64,000 bases of DNA. It comes from Candidatus Binatia bacterium. GTDB lineage: Bacteria; Desulfobacterota; Binatia; HRBIN30. This document shows positions 18,996 to 29,665 of this stretch, in pieces. The position numbers and the translations under genes were made by a program. How positions within the stretch are numbered: the stretch's first letter is position 1; every line of letters begins with the position of its first letter. The stretch is from the NCBI GenBank assembly GCA_038245295.1, contig JBBRSP010000010.1:151102-215101 (forward strand), read 5' to 3'. Under the pieces are notes generated by a model. The model worked only from the letters and a program-made list of their open reading frames with translations. It was not told where the DNA came from and ran no database searches.

Positions 18996-20413
18996 AAGGC
19001 GCGCCGCAGCGCGCTCTGCGCCGCGAAGTAACCGCACAGCCCGTGCACCCCGCCGCCCGGTGGAGTTGATGCCGAGCAGAGGAACAGCCGAGGATTCGGC
19101 GTCGAGTAAGGATCAAGCCGCGCCACCGGGCGGGTGAAGAACTGCAACAGATCCGACACACCGCCGGTGATGGCGCCGCCGACGTAGTTGGGATTGTCGC
19201 GGTACAAGTCGGCCGTGTTCATCGCGTGGCGCGCCAGAATGCGATCGCGGAATCCCGGTGCGAAGCGCTCGATCTGCGCCTCGATGGCCTTGGTGCAATC
19301 GACCGTCGAACCGGACGGGACATGACAGTACGCGTACCCCGTGTGTTTACCCGCCGGCGCACGGCTGGCGTCGAACTGGCTCTGCTGCACCACCATGACG
19401 AACGGTCGCGGCGGATGTTCGCCACGCCACACGGCCGCCTCGGCCGCGGCGATTTCTTCCACGCTGCCGCCGACATGGACTGTCGACGCCTCAAGGCAGC
19501 GTGGATCGCGCCACGGGATCGGACCGTCTAGAGCCCAGTCGAGTTTGAACACACCAGGCCCGTAACGATAACGCCGCAGACGTTGCACGTAGGGCGCCGG
19601 CAAAACGGGTGCACCGATGTCAGCCAACTGATCCGGACTGGTGTCGAACAGAACCGCGCCGGTCTGCGGCAGGTCGCCCAACGATTGGATGCGGCGGCCC
19701 ACTTCGATGCGTCCGCCAAGCTCGTGAAAGTAGGACGCGAGAGCATTCGTGATGGAACGCGAGCCACCCTCGGCGACCGGCCAGTCTTCGACATGCCCGG
19801 TGAACGCGAAGATCATGGCGACAGCCGCCGTGAGCGGTTGCTCGAGCGGCAAGATCGAATGGGCGGCGCAGCCGGCAAGTAGGACGCGGGCTCGGTGGCT
19901 GCGAAAACGCAGCTTCAGGAATGTTGTTGCCGGCAACAGTCCCGGCAAACCAAAACGCGCCATGCGCAGCGGATGGTGCGGGATGCGGAACGGACCGAGG
20001 AGATCCGCCAGCAACTCATGCGGCTGGTGCAGGAATGGCGCGAAGAGATTGCGGTAGCTGGCGGCATCCGCGCCGAGGTCGTCCGCCGTTTCGTCGAGTG
20101 AGCGCCGCAGCAACACCGCCGGTTCATTGTCGAGTGGGTGGGCGGCTGAAGCAATCGGACGCAGCCAGCGCAGGCCGTGTTGCTCGAGCGGATACTGGCG
20201 CCATACGGGCGACAAGATGCCCATCGGATGGCAGCCGGAACAGACGTCGTGCCAGAAGCCCGGCAGTGTCAGCTCCGCCGTGCGGGTGCCACCGCCGATC
20301 TCGTCGCGTCCTTCGACAACGACAACCGACTTGCCATGGCGCGCCAACTCGATCGCCGCGGTAAGCCCGTTCGGCCCGGAGCCAATGACGACGGCGTCGT
20401 CCACGCCGCTCAT
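18986..20413 (-). CDS. NAD(P)/FAD-dependent oxidoreductase, phytoene dehydrogenase family
   Basis: DAVVIGSGPNGL, GGG.RT.ELT.PGF.HD.CS, YCHVP, STPPGGGVHGLCG; ATG overlaps the upstream stop. Confidence 0.9.
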   Translation of the reverse strand: MSGVDDAVVIGSGPNGLTAAIELARHGKSVVVVEGRDEIGGGTRTAELTLPGFWHDVCSGCHPMGILSPVWRQYPLEQHGLRWLRPIASAAHPLDNEPAVLLRRSLDETADDLGADAASYRNLFAPFLHQPHELLADLLGPFRIPHHPLRMARFGLPGLLPATTFLKLRFRSHRARVLLAGCAAHSILPLEQPLTAAVAMIFAFTGHVEDWPVAEGGSRSITNALASYFHELGGRIEVGRRIQSLGDLPQTGAVLFDTSPDQLADIGAPVLPAPYVQRLRRYRYGPGVFKLDWALDGPIPWRDPRCLEASTVHVGGSVEEIAAAEAAVWRGEHPPRPFVMVVQQSQFDASRAPAGKHTGYAYCHVPSGSTVDCTKAIEAQIERFAPGFRDRILARHAMNTADLYRDNPNYVGGAITGGVSDLLQFFTRPVARLDPYSTPNPRLFLCSASTPPGGGVHGLCGYFAAQSALRRAFAG

Positions 20414-22041
20414 ACCTTGCCGTAGTCCCACGGCGCGCGCCGCTTGAGCTCTGCCAACTCGACGTACCCTTGCTCGATCAGGCCGCGCTTGGCGTCGACG
20501 ATGCGCCAATGCAGCGTCGAGCCGAGCAGTGGTTGCGACTCGACCATGATGGCGCGCAGCTCGCCGTCTTCGAAGTGGCATTGCGACTGGATACACTCGA
20601 GCAACTGCTCGTCGCACAGATGGCCTTCACCGAAGTTCCAACCGAGCACCGAGGCGGCGATCACTTCGCCATCGTAATAATTGTAGTCTTCGAACGGTCG
20701 CCCCTCGATCGCCTTGGGCAACATCAAGCCGAGGGTGCGCCCCTGCAAATGCAGCGAGCGGAAGGCCATGCCACGCGAGTCCATACCTTCGGCATCCGCC
20801 GGTGAGAACTTCTCGAGTTGCTCACGTAGCAGCGGTGCCGCACGCTTGAGTTGGTCGAGCTTCTTGTGGCTATCGCCGCGAAACATCCAGGCGCTCCAGG
20901 CCCAGTTGCCGGCGTAATAGCGCATGGCGAGCAGGAAGGAGATCTGCGCCGGCACCAGGTTGCCGACCAATGGCAGCAGCACGAGCATGATGGTCAGGTA
21001 CAACGCCAGCGGCGTCGAGCCGATGCCGAGAACACTGATTTCCGGATGACCGACGAACAGAAAAAAGGCGGCGAAGAGGCTCACCGTGTTCCATTCAAAC
21101 ACGGCGCCGGCCGGCATGTTGCTGATGATGAAGCCGTGCAACAGGATCGCGAAGCAGATGCCGATGACCTGTAGCGGCCCCGGCCCGGTGACGAATAGAA
21201 GTGTGAGCGGTGCCGCAAACTCGAGGAAGGTGCCGCCGTGGGCCATCAGCTTGCCGAGGCGTGACGGCGTCAGATCCTCCGGATACGAAACGAACATCCG
21301 GCGTCGCAGCGTCGGGCTGCGTAGCATCGGGTTGTTGACGGTCATTACCGGCACGACGTAGCTGAAGGCCACCGTCAGTTTGGACACGCCGGCCCAAAAC
21401 CACACCGCCAGCTGCACCGCCTTGCAGGCGGCGATCCAGTTGCCGGCGAACAGAAAGCAGATGATCATCGCGAAGTGGTGCTCGAAACGCGCCGCCAGCA
21501 GCACGGTCTTGTCGCCCAGGCCGCACAGCGGCAGCAACACGACGATCGGCCAGAGAAGCGTGGCATCAATCGCCGGGGCTACCAAAGCGCGCAGCAGGGA
21601 GAGGGTGAAGGCGGCATACAAGGCAACGTCGAGCCAGGTGCGCGTTACACCCCCGAACAGGGGCAGATTCGGAAACGGCGCCAGCTTGATGGTTCCGGGG
21701 CGCAGGAAATGCAGGAAGGCGGTGAACGGCGGGAAGATGCGGAATCCCAAAGGTCCGCTCATACAGCCGAAGCCGAGCACCTCGACCAGGCAGGCCCAGA
21801 TGAACGCTTTCTGGAAGACGATGCCTTCGGCCCACCACGAGCGGAAGTTGAACGGGGAGCCCAGGCCGGGCGTGAAGCTACAGAAGTACATCCAGGCCAG
21901 GATCAGCAGGGACAGCTTGACCGCGTGGATGATGTAGGCGGCGATCGGTAGGCCGATTCCTTTGAGGACGTAGTCTTCACATCCGGCGCGGACGAGCTCC
22001 GAAAATCCCTGCTTCGGTCGGAGGGTGGCTTCAGCATTCAT
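20410..22041 (-). CDS. DUF3556-like multi-pass membrane protein
   Basis: Many TM helices; FQKA..W..L.EVLG.G, LRPGTIKL.P, WAGVSKL, SFL.AMRYYAGNWA, GWNFGEGHL. Confidence 0.75.
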   Translation of the reverse strand: MNAEATLRPKQGFSELVRAGCEDYVLKGIGLPIAAYIIHAVKLSLLILAWMYFCSFTPGLGSPFNFRSWWAEGIVFQKAFIWACLVEVLGFGCMSGPLGFRIFPPFTAFLHFLRPGTIKLAPFPNLPLFGGVTRTWLDVALYAAFTLSLLRALVAPAIDATLLWPIVVLLPLCGLGDKTVLLAARFEHHFAMIICFLFAGNWIAACKAVQLAVWFWAGVSKLTVAFSYVVPVMTVNNPMLRSPTLRRRMFVSYPEDLTPSRLGKLMAHGGTFLEFAAPLTLLFVTGPGPLQVIGICFAILLHGFIISNMPAGAVFEWNTVSLFAAFFLFVGHPEISVLGIGSTPLALYLTIMLVLLPLVGNLVPAQISFLLAMRYYAGNWAWSAWMFRGDSHKKLDQLKRAAPLLREQLEKFSPADAEGMDSRGMAFRSLHLQGRTLGLMLPKAIEGRPFEDYNYYDGEVIAASVLGWNFGEGHLCDEQLLECIQSQCHFEDGELRAIMVESQPLLGSTLHWRIVDAKRGLIEQGYVELAELKRRAPWDYGKV

Positions 22042-22247
22042 GCGTCGAGAATCTTTCCACCCCGGGCAACTGCCATGGATGCGGGGTGGTTTCTAGAGGC
22101 GATGGGTGCGTCTTGCGTTGAGGGTCTAGAGTCGGGAGCGTCTGACCGACCCTGCACCCCGCACCCGCTGCGTTCTTGTCCAAGAACCCTTGCGGCCTAC
22201 CAACTCGCATGTTAACACGCGCCGCCAATACAAAGGTTGGAGGAAAG

Positions 22248-22517
22248 ATGGGACTGGCTCCCGAACGTGTCCAGGAGCTGATTCAGAAGTACCAGCGTCA
22301 CGCTGGCGATACAGGTTGCGCGGAAGTGCAGATTGCTCTGCTGACCGGCCGTATCGAGTACCTTACGGAACACTTCAAGACGCACAAGAAAGATCACCAC
22401 TCGCGTCGTGGCCTACTGAAGCTGGTTGGCCAACGTCGGCGTATGCTCGATTATCTGAAGCGCGAAGAGTTCAGCCGGTACCGTAGCGTGATCGATAGCC
22501 TGGGCATCCGTAAGTAA
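22248..22517 (+). CDS. rpsO: 30S ribosomal protein S15
   Basis: [40 protein letters not shown]. Confidence 0.98.
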   Translation: MGLAPERVQELIQKYQRHAGDTGCAEVQIALLTGRIEYLTEHFKTHKKDHHSRRGLLKLVGQRRRMLDYLKREEFSRYRSVIDSLGIRK

Positions 22518-22591
22518 AACGGCCCGCGCCTGGATATCCTTCGCCCCTTTCCCTCCCACCACGAGGCCGCAAGGCCAGGGAGGTACCTAAT

Positions 22592-24676
22592 ATGATGAAG
22601 AAGATACAAGTGGACTTCCACGGACGTCCACTTACCTTCGAAACCGGTCGGATGGCGAAACAGGCCAGCGGATCCGTCGTAGCTTCGCTCGGCGAATCCG
22701 TTGTCCTCGTCACCGCTGTCTCCGACCGCAAAGCTCGGGAAGGAATCGATTTCTTCCCGCTCACCTGCGACTACCAGGAACGCACCGCTGCGGCCGGAAA
22801 GATTCCCGGCGGCTTCTTCAAGCGCGAAGGACGTCTGTCCGAGCGTGAGACGTTGACGTCGCGCCTGATCGACCGTCCGATCCGACCGCTGTTCCCGGAT
22901 GGGTTTCTCTGTGAGACCCAGGTCATCGCCACGGTGCTGTCGCACGACCGCGAAAACGATCCGGACGTTCTGGCGGTCACCGCCGCGTCGACGGCTCTGC
23001 ATATTTCCGACATTCCGTTCAACGGACCGATCGGTTGTGTGCGCATCGCCCGTGCCGGCGACAAGTTCGTCATCAACCCAACCCTCGAACAGTTGGCCGC
23101 CAGCGATCTCAACATGATCGTTGCCGGGAGCCGCGAAGGTCTGGTGATGGTCGAAGGTGGCAGCAAGGGCCTGTCGGAAGAAGTCATGCTCGACGCCCTG
23201 TTCACGGCGCACGCGGCGATCCAGCCGCTGCTCGATGTGCAAGACGAGCTGCGTAAGGCGATCGGCAAGGAGAAGCGCAAGGTCGAGGCCCCGAAGGTCG
23301 ACAAGGCGCTGTTCACCAAGTTTTCCAAGGAAGCCACGCCGCGCATTACGAAAGCCTTCGAAGTGAAGGGCAAGTTCGAGCGCTCCGCCGCCGTGCGTGC
23401 GGCGGTCGAAGAGTCGATCGCCAAGTTCGCAACCGACAGCCCTGAGCGCCTGGGCGAGTTGAAGCACTTCGCCGAAGAGGTCAAGTCGACGGTCATGCGT
23501 ATGGCCATCGTCAAGGACAGCCGGCGCGTCGATGGCCGCGGTCTCACGGACGTTCGCGCCATCAGCTGCGAAGTCGGCGTTCTACCGCGCACCCACGGCT
23601 CGGCACTGTTCACGCGCGGCGAGACACAAGCTCTCGTCACCGCCACGTTGGGCACCTCGTCCGACGAACAGCGCGTCGATGCCCTGGTCGGCGAACATTT
23701 CAAGAAGTTCATGCTGCATTACAACTTCCCGCCGTTCAGCGTCGGTGAAGTCAAGTTCCTGCGCGGCCCGGGGCGACGTGAAATCGGCCACGGCGCGTTG
23801 GCGGAACGCTCGATTCTGGTGACTCTGCCGGATGAGGACAAGTTCCCCTACACGATCCGCATCGTCTCGGACATTCTCGAGTCGAACGGCTCATCGTCGA
23901 TGGCGAGTGTCTGCGGCGCCACCTTGGCGTTGATGGATGCCGGTGTGCCGATCAAGGCGCCGGTGGCCGGTATCGCCATGGGCTTGATCATGGAAGGCAA
24001 GGAAGTCCGGGTTCTGTCGGACATCCTCGGCGACGAAGATCACCTCGGCGACATGGACTTCAAGGTTGCCGGCACCGCCGAAGGCATCACCGCTTTGCAG
24101 ATGGACATCAAGATCGGCACGGTGACGCGCGACATCATGAAGACCGCCCTGTATCAGGCTCTCGAGGGACGTCTGCACATCCTCGGTGAGATGAAGAAGG
24201 GCCTCGAGCTGCCGCGTGGCGAGATGTCGGTGTACGCACCACGCATCCACACGATGAAGATTCGCCCAGACAAGATCCGCGACGTCATCGGACCTGGCGG
24301 CAAGGTCATCCGCGGCATCATCGAGGAGACCGGCGTCAAGATCGATGTCGAAGACGACGGCACGGTGCGTATCGCTTCGAGCGATGGAGTTGCGATGCAA
24401 CGTGCCATCGAGATCATCGAAGGGATCACGGCCGAAGCCGTAGTCGGCAGGGTCTACAAGGGAACCGTCGTTCGTATTGTCGACTTCGGTGCCTTCGTGC
24501 AGATCATGCCGGGGACCGACGGTTTGCTGCACATCTCGCAAATCGGACCCGGCCGTGTGAACAAAGTCAGCGACGTCCTCAAGGAAGGCGAAGAGATCCT
24601 CGTGAAGGTTCTCGAAGTCGACCGCTCGGGCAAAATCCGCTTGAGCCGTAAAGAGGCCGAAGAGCAGGCGAAGTAA
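22592..24676 (+). CDS. pnp: Polyribonucleotide nucleotidyltransferase
   Basis: [56 protein letters not shown] and S1 domains. Confidence 0.98.
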   Translation: MMKKIQVDFHGRPLTFETGRMAKQASGSVVASLGESVVLVTAVSDRKAREGIDFFPLTCDYQERTAAAGKIPGGFFKREGRLSERETLTSRLIDRPIRPLFPDGFLCETQVIATVLSHDRENDPDVLAVTAASTALHISDIPFNGPIGCVRIARAGDKFVINPTLEQLAASDLNMIVAGSREGLVMVEGGSKGLSEEVMLDALFTAHAAIQPLLDVQDELRKAIGKEKRKVEAPKVDKALFTKFSKEATPRITKAFEVKGKFERSAAVRAAVEESIAKFATDSPERLGELKHFAEEVKSTVMRMAIVKDSRRVDGRGLTDVRAISCEVGVLPRTHGSALFTRGETQALVTATLGTSSDEQRVDALVGEHFKKFMLHYNFPPFSVGEVKFLRGPGRREIGHGALAERSILVTLPDEDKFPYTIRIVSDILESNGSSSMASVCGATLALMDAGVPIKAPVAGIAMGLIMEGKEVRVLSDILGDEDHLGDMDFKVAGTAEGITALQMDIKIGTVTRDIMKTALYQALEGRLHILGEMKKGLELPRGEMSVYAPRIHTMKIRPDKIRDVIGPGGKVIRGIIEETGVKIDVEDDGTVRIASSDGVAMQRAIEIIEGITAEAVVGRVYKGTVVRIVDFGAFVQIMPGTDGLLHISQIGPGRVNKVSDVLKEGEEILVKVLEVDRSGKIRLSRKEAEEQAK

Positions 24677-24686
24677 GCTGCCGGCC

Positions 24687-25955
24687 ATGGCTCAGCCAGT
24701 AGTGTCCCGGACCCGCTTGCCGAACGGCTTGCGGGTGGTGACGGAAGCGATGCTTGGTGTACCCTCGGCGACGATCGGGGTGTGGGTCGAAAACGGCTCG
24801 CGCTACGAACGTCCCGAGCAAGCCGGCATCTCGCACTACCTCGAGCACCTGTATTTCAAGGGCACGGAACGCCGCTCTGCCGCGCAAATCGCCGAAGAGG
24901 CCGACGCGGTAGGCGGCGTTCTGAACGCCTTCACCGGTAAAGAATCGACGTGTTACTACGCCAAGGTCCTTGGCGAGAACGTCGCCATCGCCGAAGATAT
25001 TCTAAGCGACATCTTTCTGCACTCGCGCTTCGATCCGACCGAGATCGACCGTGAGCGCTCGGTCATCTTGCAGGAAATCGCCCAGGCCGAAGACCAGCCG
25101 GATGACTACATCCACGAGCTGTTCAACTTGCGTTACTGGCCTGGTCATCCGTTGAGTTTCCCGGTCGCCGGACGTTCCGAAACTGTGAAGGACCTGACAC
25201 AAGCCGACTTCCTTGCGTTCATCGAGCAACGCTACCGGCCCGACCGACTGATCATCGCCGCCGCCGGCGACATCGAGCACGAGCATATTGTCGAGTGGGC
25301 GAACCGCGAGTTCGGTGGCCTTTCCGGGGTCACGCCGCCTCCCAATGGCGAAGCGCCGCAAGCCTCGCGCAACGTGACGTACGAACAGAAGAACCTCGAG
25401 CAGGTGCATCTGTGCCTCGGCACGCCTGGCATCGGCCACGGCGCGCCGGAGCGTTACGCGGCGTACCTCATGAATACAGCGCTTGGCGGCGGCATGAGCT
25501 CGCGGCTGTTTCAGGAAGTGCGCGAGAAACGCGGCCTCGTCTACAGCGTCTATTCGTTCCTCAATTCCTACGCCGACGGCGGCTATCTCGGCATCTACGC
25601 CGGCACGAGTCCCGACTCGGTGGATGAAGTCATGACGCTGATCCTGCGCGAGCTTCAGAAGATGGAACGCGACGGCTTGGCGCCGGGCGAATTGGCGCGC
25701 GCCAAGAATCAGCTCAAGGGCAATATCCTCCTCGGGCTCGAAACCAGCGACAGTCGCATGCACCGCATCGCGCGCAACGAGATCTACTTCGGCGCCGACG
25801 TATCTCCCGCGGAAGTGGCAGCGCGTATCGACGCGACGACCAATGACGAGATCATCGCCCTGGCCAAAAAGCTGTTCGACACGGATGCACGCGGCCTGAC
25901 CCTGGTCGGCAACCTCGGTGAGAAAAGCCCGGGCGAAGAGATCCTCGGCCTCTAA
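24687..25955 (+). CDS. M16 family (pitrilysin-like) zinc peptidase
   Basis: HYLEHLYFKGT (HxxEH), NAFT.KE.T, LGGGMSSRLFQEVREKRGL.Y. Confidence 0.93.
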   Translation: MAQPVVSRTRLPNGLRVVTEAMLGVPSATIGVWVENGSRYERPEQAGISHYLEHLYFKGTERRSAAQIAEEADAVGGVLNAFTGKESTCYYAKVLGENVAIAEDILSDIFLHSRFDPTEIDRERSVILQEIAQAEDQPDDYIHELFNLRYWPGHPLSFPVAGRSETVKDLTQADFLAFIEQRYRPDRLIIAAAGDIEHEHIVEWANREFGGLSGVTPPPNGEAPQASRNVTYEQKNLEQVHLCLGTPGIGHGAPERYAAYLMNTALGGGMSSRLFQEVREKRGLVYSVYSFLNSYADGGYLGIYAGTSPDSVDEVMTLILRELQKMERDGLAPGELARAKNQLKGNILLGLETSDSRMHRIARNEIYFGADVSPAEVAARIDATTNDEIIALAKKLFDTDARGLTLVGNLGEKSPGEEILGL

Positions 25956-25969
25956 GTCTGGGCTAGTTG

Positions 25970-25993
25970 GTAGGGGCGGTTCGCGAACCGCCC
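25970..25993. repeat. REP family B copy
   Basis: GTAGGGGCGGTTCGCGAACCGCCC. Confidence 0.75.
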
Positions 25994-26079
25994 GGCGGCC
26001 GACGCTGCCTCCGTGCACCGACCATCACCGCTGATCCCCGCGGTTCCCAGCGTAACGAAGAGCGTGTAGGAAGGCCCGC

Positions 26080-26532
26080 ATGCATTCCATCCAAGTCCTC
26101 GTCCGCCGCGTCCGCCCAACGGACGACCCACTCCCACTGCCGCGCTACATGACCCCCGGCGCCGCCGGCATGGATCTGTTCGCCGATATCGACACGGATC
26201 TCGTCATCAACCAGCAGCAGAGCCTACTCGTGCCGACCGGCCTCGCCGTCGCCATCCCCGAAGGCTTCGAAGCCCAGATCCGTCCTCGTAGCGGTCTGGC
26301 GTTGAAACATGGCCTGACGATACCGAACGCCCCCGGCACCATCGACAGCGACTATCGCGGCGAGGTCCAGATCATTCTTCTCAATCTCGGCGATCAACCC
26401 TACGTCATCAAACGCGGCGAACGTATCGCCCAGATGGTCGTCGCGCCCGTGATCCAGGCCGAACTGGAGCTCGTCGAGGAGCTGCCGAGCTCCGAACGCG
26501 GCAGTGGCGGCTTTGGGCACTCCGGTACCTGA
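26080..26532 (+). CDS. dut: dUTP diphosphatase
   Basis: [39 protein letters not shown]. Confidence 0.96.
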   Translation: MHSIQVLVRRVRPTDDPLPLPRYMTPGAAGMDLFADIDTDLVINQQQSLLVPTGLAVAIPEGFEAQIRPRSGLALKHGLTIPNAPGTIDSDYRGEVQIILLNLGDQPYVIKRGERIAQMVVAPVIQAELELVEELPSSERGSGGFGHSGT

Positions 26533-26559
26533 AATCAAGCGTTGGAAAGCGTACCGCTG

Positions 26560-26591
26560 CGTTAGGGGCGGTTCGAGAACCGCCCCTAACG
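26560..26591. repeat. REP family B palindrome (possible terminator after dut)
   Basis: CGTTAGGGGCGGTTC GA GAACCGCCCCTAACG. Confidence 0.7.
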
Positions 26592-26622
26592 AACAGTCAC
26601 GGCCTGATCCTCCAAAGTCGTT

Positions 26623-26650
26623 TTGACTTGGCGCCAGCCAGGAGTAGTAT
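26623..26650 (+). promoter_or_regulatory. Putative sigma70 promoter for korAB
   Basis: TTGACT, 16 bp, TAGTAT about 100 bp upstream of the start. Confidence 0.45.
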
Positions 26651-26750
26651 CGCTGCTGTAACGCATTAGTAGCTGCACGAGCGAGATGACGTCTTCAGGC
26701 GTGTCTGCGAGCGCCACGAGGATCAATCCGCTCTTAAGGAGAATGCATCC

Positions 26751-28628
26751 ATGGCGGTTCCTCCTCCCGACTCGATTGGTGCGACGGCTCTAAAATCGAC
26801 CGAAGAACGCGAGTCCGTCGTCATTCGTTTCTGCGGCGATTCGGGCGACGGCATGCAGGTCGCGGGCATGCAGTTCACCGCCGAATCGGCCCTGGCCGGT
26901 AACGACTTCAGCACACTGCCCGACTTTCCCGCCGAGATCCGCGCTCCCACGGGCACCTTGGCCGGCGTGTCCGGATTTCAACTCAACTTCTCGAGCCGCG
27001 AAGTTTTCACCCCGGGTGACGATCTCGATGTGCTGGTCGCCATGAACCCGGCGGCGCTGAAATCGAATCTCGCCGATCTCCAGGCCGGCGGGATTTTGAT
27101 CGTCGATCAGGAACAGTTCAACGAGCAGAACCTCACGAAGGCGGGATACAAGGCGAGCCCGCTCGCAGACGCTTCGCTCGCCGCGTATCAGTTGTTTAAG
27201 GTCGACATCACCAAACTCACCGCCGCGACCTTGCGCGACAGCAATCTTCCGGCGCGTACCGTCAATCGTTGCAAGAACTTCTTCGCCTTGGGCCTGGTCT
27301 CGTGGCTATTCCACCGGCCGATTGGCTCGACCGAGCAGTGGCTTGAGCAGCGCTTCAAGAAGACCCCGGAGCTGGCGCAGGCCAACATGCGGGTGCTGCG
27401 CGCCGGCTACAATTTCGGCGACACGACGGAAATCTTCGCGCACTCCTACGAGATCAAGCCGGCTCGCATTACGCCGGGGACATATCGCAACATCACCGGC
27501 AACACGGCGCTGGCTCTGGGCCTCGTGGTCGCGGCGCGGCAAGCCGGTCGTCCGCTTTTCCTGGGCTGTTATCCAATCACGCCGGCGAGCGACGTCCTAC
27601 ACGAGCTGGCGACGTTCAAGAACTTCGGTGTCTACGCGTTCCAGGCTGAAGACGAGATTGCCGGTGTCGGAGCGGCGCTCGGGGCGGCCTTCGGCGGGGC
27701 GATCGGCGTGACGACCACGAGCGGGCCCGGGATGTGTCTGAAAGCCGAGACGGTCAACCTTGCCATCAGTGTCGAGTTGCCGTTGGTGATCTGCGACATC
27801 CAGCGCGGCGGGCCAAGCACCGGGTTGCCCACGAAGACCGAGCAGGCTGACTTGCTGATGGCGATGTATGGCCGCAACAGCGACTCGCCGATCCCAATCC
27901 TGGCGCCGACGACGCCGGCCGATTGTTTCGATATGGCCATCGAGGCAGTGCGCCTCGCCACCAAGTACATGACTCCGGTCATCCTGTTGTCGGACGGATA
28001 CCTGGCCAATGGCGCCGAGCCGTGGCTAATCCCCAAGGTCGCCGATCTGCCGCCGGTGGATGTCGAGTTCCGAACCGACCCCGAAGGATTCTTCCCGTAC
28101 CTGCGCGACCCCCACACCCTGTCGCGGCCGTGGGTCATTCCGGGGACGCCGAACATGGAGCATCGCATCGGCGGTCTCGAGAAGGAGCACATCACCGGCA
28201 ACGTCAGCTACGCGCCGGCCAATCACGAGCAAATGGTACGCGTGCGCGCCAGCAAGATCGCCGGCATTGCCGCCGACATCCCGCCGACGGAAGTGCACGG
28301 GCCGCCCGACGGTGATCTCGTCGTCGTCGGTTGGGGCAGCACCTACGGGTCGATCGCCGCGGCCGTTCTCGACGCGCAACGGCGCGGCCAATCGGTGGCC
28401 CACGTCCACCTGCGCCATCTCAACCCGCTGCCGCGCGACCTCGGCGATATTTTGAAGAGCTTCAAGCAGGTGCTCGTGCCCGAGATGAACATGGGGCAGC
28501 TCATCAAAATCCTACGCGCCGAGTATCTCGTCGACGCGGTTGGCATCAACAAGATCCAGGGCCTGCCGTTCAAGGTCTCGGAGCTCACACAACGCATCAA
28601 TCGCATGTTGCGCATGTTGGAGGCGTAA
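26751..28628 (+). CDS. korA: 2-oxoacid:ferredoxin oxidoreductase subunit alpha
   Basis: GDSGDGMQ, DFPAEIRAP.GT, YPITPAS, QAEDEIA, QRGGPSTGLPTK, HRIGGLEK. Confidence 0.93.
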   Translation: MAVPPPDSIGATALKSTEERESVVIRFCGDSGDGMQVAGMQFTAESALAGNDFSTLPDFPAEIRAPTGTLAGVSGFQLNFSSREVFTPGDDLDVLVAMNPAALKSNLADLQAGGILIVDQEQFNEQNLTKAGYKASPLADASLAAYQLFKVDITKLTAATLRDSNLPARTVNRCKNFFALGLVSWLFHRPIGSTEQWLEQRFKKTPELAQANMRVLRAGYNFGDTTEIFAHSYEIKPARITPGTYRNITGNTALALGLVVAARQAGRPLFLGCYPITPASDVLHELATFKNFGVYAFQAEDEIAGVGAALGAAFGGAIGVTTTSGPGMCLKAETVNLAISVELPLVICDIQRGGPSTGLPTKTEQADLLMAMYGRNSDSPIPILAPTTPADCFDMAIEAVRLATKYMTPVILLSDGYLANGAEPWLIPKVADLPPVDVEFRTDPEGFFPYLRDPHTLSRPWVIPGTPNMEHRIGGLEKEHITGNVSYAPANHEQMVRVRASKIAGIAADIPPTEVHGPPDGDLVVVGWGSTYGSIAAAVLDAQRRGQSVAHVHLRHLNPLPRDLGDILKSFKQVLVPEMNMGQLIKILRAEYLVDAVGINKIQGLPFKVSELTQRINRMLRMLEA

Positions 28629-28632
28629 ACCT

Positions 28633-29646
28633 ATGTCGACCGCTGTTGCGACGAACAAACTGACACGTAAGGACTTCATTACCGATCAAGACGTCCGCTG
28701 GTGCCCCGGCTGTGGTGATTATGCGATTCTGGCGCAGGTGCAGAAGGTCATGCCGGAGCTCGGTGTGGCGCGCGAGAACATCGTCTTCATCTCCGGCATC
28801 GGCTGCTCGAGCCGGTTTCCATATTACATGAACACGTACGGCTTCCACAGCATCCACGGCCGCGCTCCGGCGATCGCCAGCGGTCTAAAGATCACGCGTC
28901 CGGAGCTGTCGATCTGGGTGGTAACCGGTGACGGCGACGGCTTGTCGATTGGCGGCAACCATCTAATCCACCTGCTGCGGCGCAACATCGACGTCAACGT
29001 GCTGCTGTTCAACAACCGCATCTATGGGCTCACCAAGGGGCAATATTCGCCGACCTCGGAGATGGGCAAGGTGACCAAGTCGACACCGGCCGGCTCCGCC
29101 GACTTCCCATTCAGCCCACTCACCGTCGCCCTGGGCGCTCAGGCAACGTTCATGGCACGCACCATCGATGTCGAGGCCAAGCACCTGCAGGACATGATTA
29201 AGCGCGCCTACGCCCACAAGGGCACATCGTTCGTCGAGATCCTGCAAAACTGCAACATCTTCAACGACGGCGCCTTCGCCGACCTGAGCGATCGCGACAG
29301 CAAGGCCGATCACCAGCTTGTCCTCGAACATGGTAAGCCGATGATCTTCGGCAAAGATCGCAACAAAGGCATCCGCCTGCGCGACCAGAAGCTCGAGGTT
29401 GTGACGATCGGCGAGACGATCAGTGAAGGCGATCTTTTGGTGCACGACGAACAAAACGCCATGCTCGCCTTCCTGCTGGCGCACATGGGCCCGCCACAGT
29501 TTCCGACTCCGATCGGTGTCCTGCGTGCCGTCGAGCGTCAGCTCTATGAGGAGATTGTCGCCGAGCAGATCAACAAGGCGCAGCAGCGCGGCATCGGTGA
29601 CCTCGATGAGCTGCTGCACCGTGGCGACACCTGGGTTGTCCGCTGA
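28633..29646 (+). CDS. korB: 2-oxoacid:ferredoxin oxidoreductase subunit beta
   Basis: RWCPGCGDY, SGIGCSSRFPYY, HSIHGRA, GDGDGLSIGGNH (TPP), YGLTKGQYSPT. Confidence 0.93.
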   Translation: MSTAVATNKLTRKDFITDQDVRWCPGCGDYAILAQVQKVMPELGVARENIVFISGIGCSSRFPYYMNTYGFHSIHGRAPAIASGLKITRPELSIWVVTGDGDGLSIGGNHLIHLLRRNIDVNVLLFNNRIYGLTKGQYSPTSEMGKVTKSTPAGSADFPFSPLTVALGAQATFMARTIDVEAKHLQDMIKRAYAHKGTSFVEILQNCNIFNDGAFADLSDRDSKADHQLVLEHGKPMIFGKDRNKGIRLRDQKLEVVTIGETISEGDLLVHDEQNAMLAFLLAHMGPPQFPTPIGVLRAVERQLYEEIVAEQINKAQQRGIGDLDELLHRGDTWVVR

Positions 29647-29665
29647 AGCGATGCCGCTCCGAAGG

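Noticed and set aside
22180..22247. S15 autoregulatory leader
   Set aside because: A CCAAC/GTTGG pairing near the RBS is possible, but it overlaps the likely promoter and is too weak to call
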